A stretch of DNA of 64,000 bases from Flavobacteriales bacterium. GTDB taxonomy: Bacteria; Bacteroidota; Bacteroidia; Flavobacteriales; Flavobacteriaceae. A model generated the notes under the pieces. That model made no database searches, was not told the origin of the DNA, and saw only the letters and a program-made list of their open reading frames with translations. The DNA is taken from NCBI GenBank assembly GCA_038234745.1, contig JBBQSZ010000008.1, positions 5,231 through 69,230 on the forward strand. Reading direction: 5' to 3'. This document shows, one piece after another, positions 62,779 through 64,000 of the stretch; positions within the stretch are counted from its first letter, which is position 1, and every line of letters begins with the position of its first letter. A program made the translations under genes and the position numbers.

Positions 62779-63159
62779 ATGGAAGTTACAGGGAAAATTA
62801 AAATGATCGATCAAACGAAAGAAGTTGGTTCGGCAGGTTTTAAAAAAAGAGATGTTGTTGTTACAACAGATGAGCAATATCCACAACATATTTTGGTGCA
62901 GTTTGTTCAAGACAAATGTGATTTGTTAAATACGTTCCAAGTTGGTGAAGCGGTGAAAATTGACATTAATTTAAGAGGTCGCGAATGGACAAATCCACAA
63001 GGCGAAACCGTTTATTTTAATACTATTCAAGGGTGGAGAATTGCAAAAGCTCAAGCTGAAGCTCCTGCGGCGCAACCAGCACCGCCAATGCCTTCGGCAG
63101 CTGCATTTCCTCCAGCAACTAGCTTAAATGAAGAAGAACCAGACGATTTACCGTTCTAA
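62779..63159 (+). CDS. DUF3127-like OB-fold protein with a Pro/Ala-rich acidic tail
   Basis: MEVTGKIKMIDQTKEVGSAGFKKRDVVVTTDEQYPQHILVQF and a C-terminal ...EEEPDDLPF tip reminiscent of SSB tails. The family name is from memory. Confidence 0.65.
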   Translation: MEVTGKIKMIDQTKEVGSAGFKKRDVVVTTDEQYPQHILVQFVQDKCDLLNTFQVGEAVKIDINLRGREWTNPQGETVYFNTIQGWRIAKAQAEAPAAQPAPPMPSAAAFPPATSLNEEEPDDLPF

Positions 63160-63170
63160 TATAAATTAAA

Positions 63171-63199
63171 AATTCTTGAGAACATCAAGAATTTTTTTT
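63171..63199 (+). terminator. intrinsic terminator after the DUF3127-like gene
   Basis: aattcttga / tcaagaatt 9-bp stem with a 5-nt loop, followed by TTTTTT. Confidence 0.8.
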
Positions 63200-63258
63200 G
63201 GACTAATGCGAGATTAAATTTCAAAAGTGGCAAGTGAGCTAACATATTTTTATGAAAT

Positions 63259-63996
63259 TTAATTCATTTGAATAAGTGCTCCTATGCCAATTTGATTTCC
63301 TATTTGAGGAAAAACAAAAGCGGTACTTTTTTTATTTTTGCCAAAAGTTAAGGATTTTAAAGGATTCCAATACGAAACTATTGCTCCCGTTGCTAATCCA
63401 ATTCCCGCGCCAGCAAGAACATCAGAAGTGTAATGTTTGTTGTTTGCAATTCTCAGCAATCCCGTTGCTGTTGCAAATAAAAACCCGCTACTAGCATACC
63501 ATAAATTGGAATCTTTGTATTCATAATATAAAAGTGCAGCATTCGTAAAAGCAAATGTAGTGTGTCCTGAAGGAAAACTCAAATTGTCTGTTAAATCTGG
63601 TCTTTCTTCCTTCACTGTGTGTTTCAATCCGGTAATTAGTGATATCGCCATAACATTGGCAATGGCAATATTGATAGTTTGCTGTTTGAAATTGTTTTTG
63701 GGTTTAAATCCCAAAGTTTTTCCTAAATAAATTTGAGCAATTGGAACAAATTGAAGGTAATTATCAGCACTGGTATGAAAATTTTCGCCAAAAGTACGGT
63801 TCGCATTAGCTTGTAAATCGTCATTCAGTTTGGTTTTTAAAAGCAATGATCCAACAGTAATTAGGGCTACAGGAGCTATAAATTGTTTATAAGATAGTTT
63901 GTTTTGGGGATTTGAGTCCGAAATAGAATCATTTGTTTGCGCGTTTCCTAAAAGAACGAAAAGAGAAAAAACAATTGCAGTAAATTTGGTTTTCAT
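63259..63996 (-). CDS. PAP2-superfamily phosphatase
   Basis: KxxxxxxRP (KHTVKEERPD), PSGHT and a third motif NKHYTSDVLAG. Has a signal peptide and TM segments. Confidence 0.8.
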   Translation of the reverse strand: MKTKFTAIVFSLFVLLGNAQTNDSISDSNPQNKLSYKQFIAPVALITVGSLLLKTKLNDDLQANANRTFGENFHTSADNYLQFVPIAQIYLGKTLGFKPKNNFKQQTINIAIANVMAISLITGLKHTVKEERPDLTDNLSFPSGHTTFAFTNAALLYYEYKDSNLWYASSGFLFATATGLLRIANNKHYTSDVLAGAGIGLATGAIVSYWNPLKSLTFGKNKKSTAFVFPQIGNQIGIGALIQMN

Positions 63997-64000
63997 AGGT

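Noticed and set aside
62677-62910. 77-aa minus-strand ORF overlapping the start of the DUF3127-like gene
   Set aside because: It is an AT-rich chance ORF with no motifs. The + strand gene has a recognisable conserved N-terminus and its own terminator.
1-64000. Search by eye for tRNA, rRNA, tmRNA, RNase P, transposases, integrases, restriction-modification or known anti-phage defence genes
   Set aside because: No intergenic region shows cloverleaf-like GC-rich structure or rRNA-like sequence. No ORF has recombinase, reverse transcriptase, nuclease-helicase or methyltransferase motifs. This absence is a visual judgement only and should be confirmed with tRNAscan-SE, Infernal and defence-system finders.

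Overview
The window looks like a low-GC Bacteroidota chromosome segment, probably Flavobacterium-like. Supporting signs are a T9SS sorting domain, PorP/SprF, GLPGLI paralogues, and TAnnTTTG -7 boxes 14-35 nt upstream of several start codons. I found no rRNA, tRNA, CRISPR array, transposase or integrase by eye.

About 62 protein-coding genes are supportable, and most are housekeeping:
- A MacB-type ABC efflux cluster with two permeases, two adaptors and TolC (2.1-9.3 kb).
- The conserved envelope block murI, ompH, ompH, bamA, uppS, DUF6089, nadK, CBS, pdxJ (16-26 kb).
- tig, clpP, clpX, serB (32-37 kb).
- A divergent mevalonate / GGGP-synthase / UbiA-prenyltransferase cluster (38.7-43.6 kb).
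- pnuC with a NadR-like kinase fused in frame to DUF4301, followed by arfB.
- A TPP riboswitch in front of a TonB-dependent receptor.
- greA, a HIT protein, a histidine kinase, DUF3127 and a PAP2 phosphatase.

The best candidate for an undescribed system is the accessory locus at 49.1-56.0 kb. It holds three small signal-peptide proteins with a conserved two-Cys pattern and three GLPGLI-family paralogues of unknown function. It also holds an 895-aa CarboxypepD_reg/plug/beta-barrel outer-membrane protein. A roughly 200-bp promoter-leader cassette occurs twice in the locus, carrying T18 in one copy and T15 in the other.

Other notable items:
- A single 1157-aa GH18 + CE4 deacetylase + processive GT2 polypeptide.
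- A ParE/RelE toxin-antitoxin pair wedged inside the mevalonate operon, with the toxin killed by an in-frame TAA.
- A T9SS cargo gene whose signal peptide is out of frame with its body.
- Several intergenic palindromic or repeat elements.

All family names come from motif recognition and memory. No searches were run.
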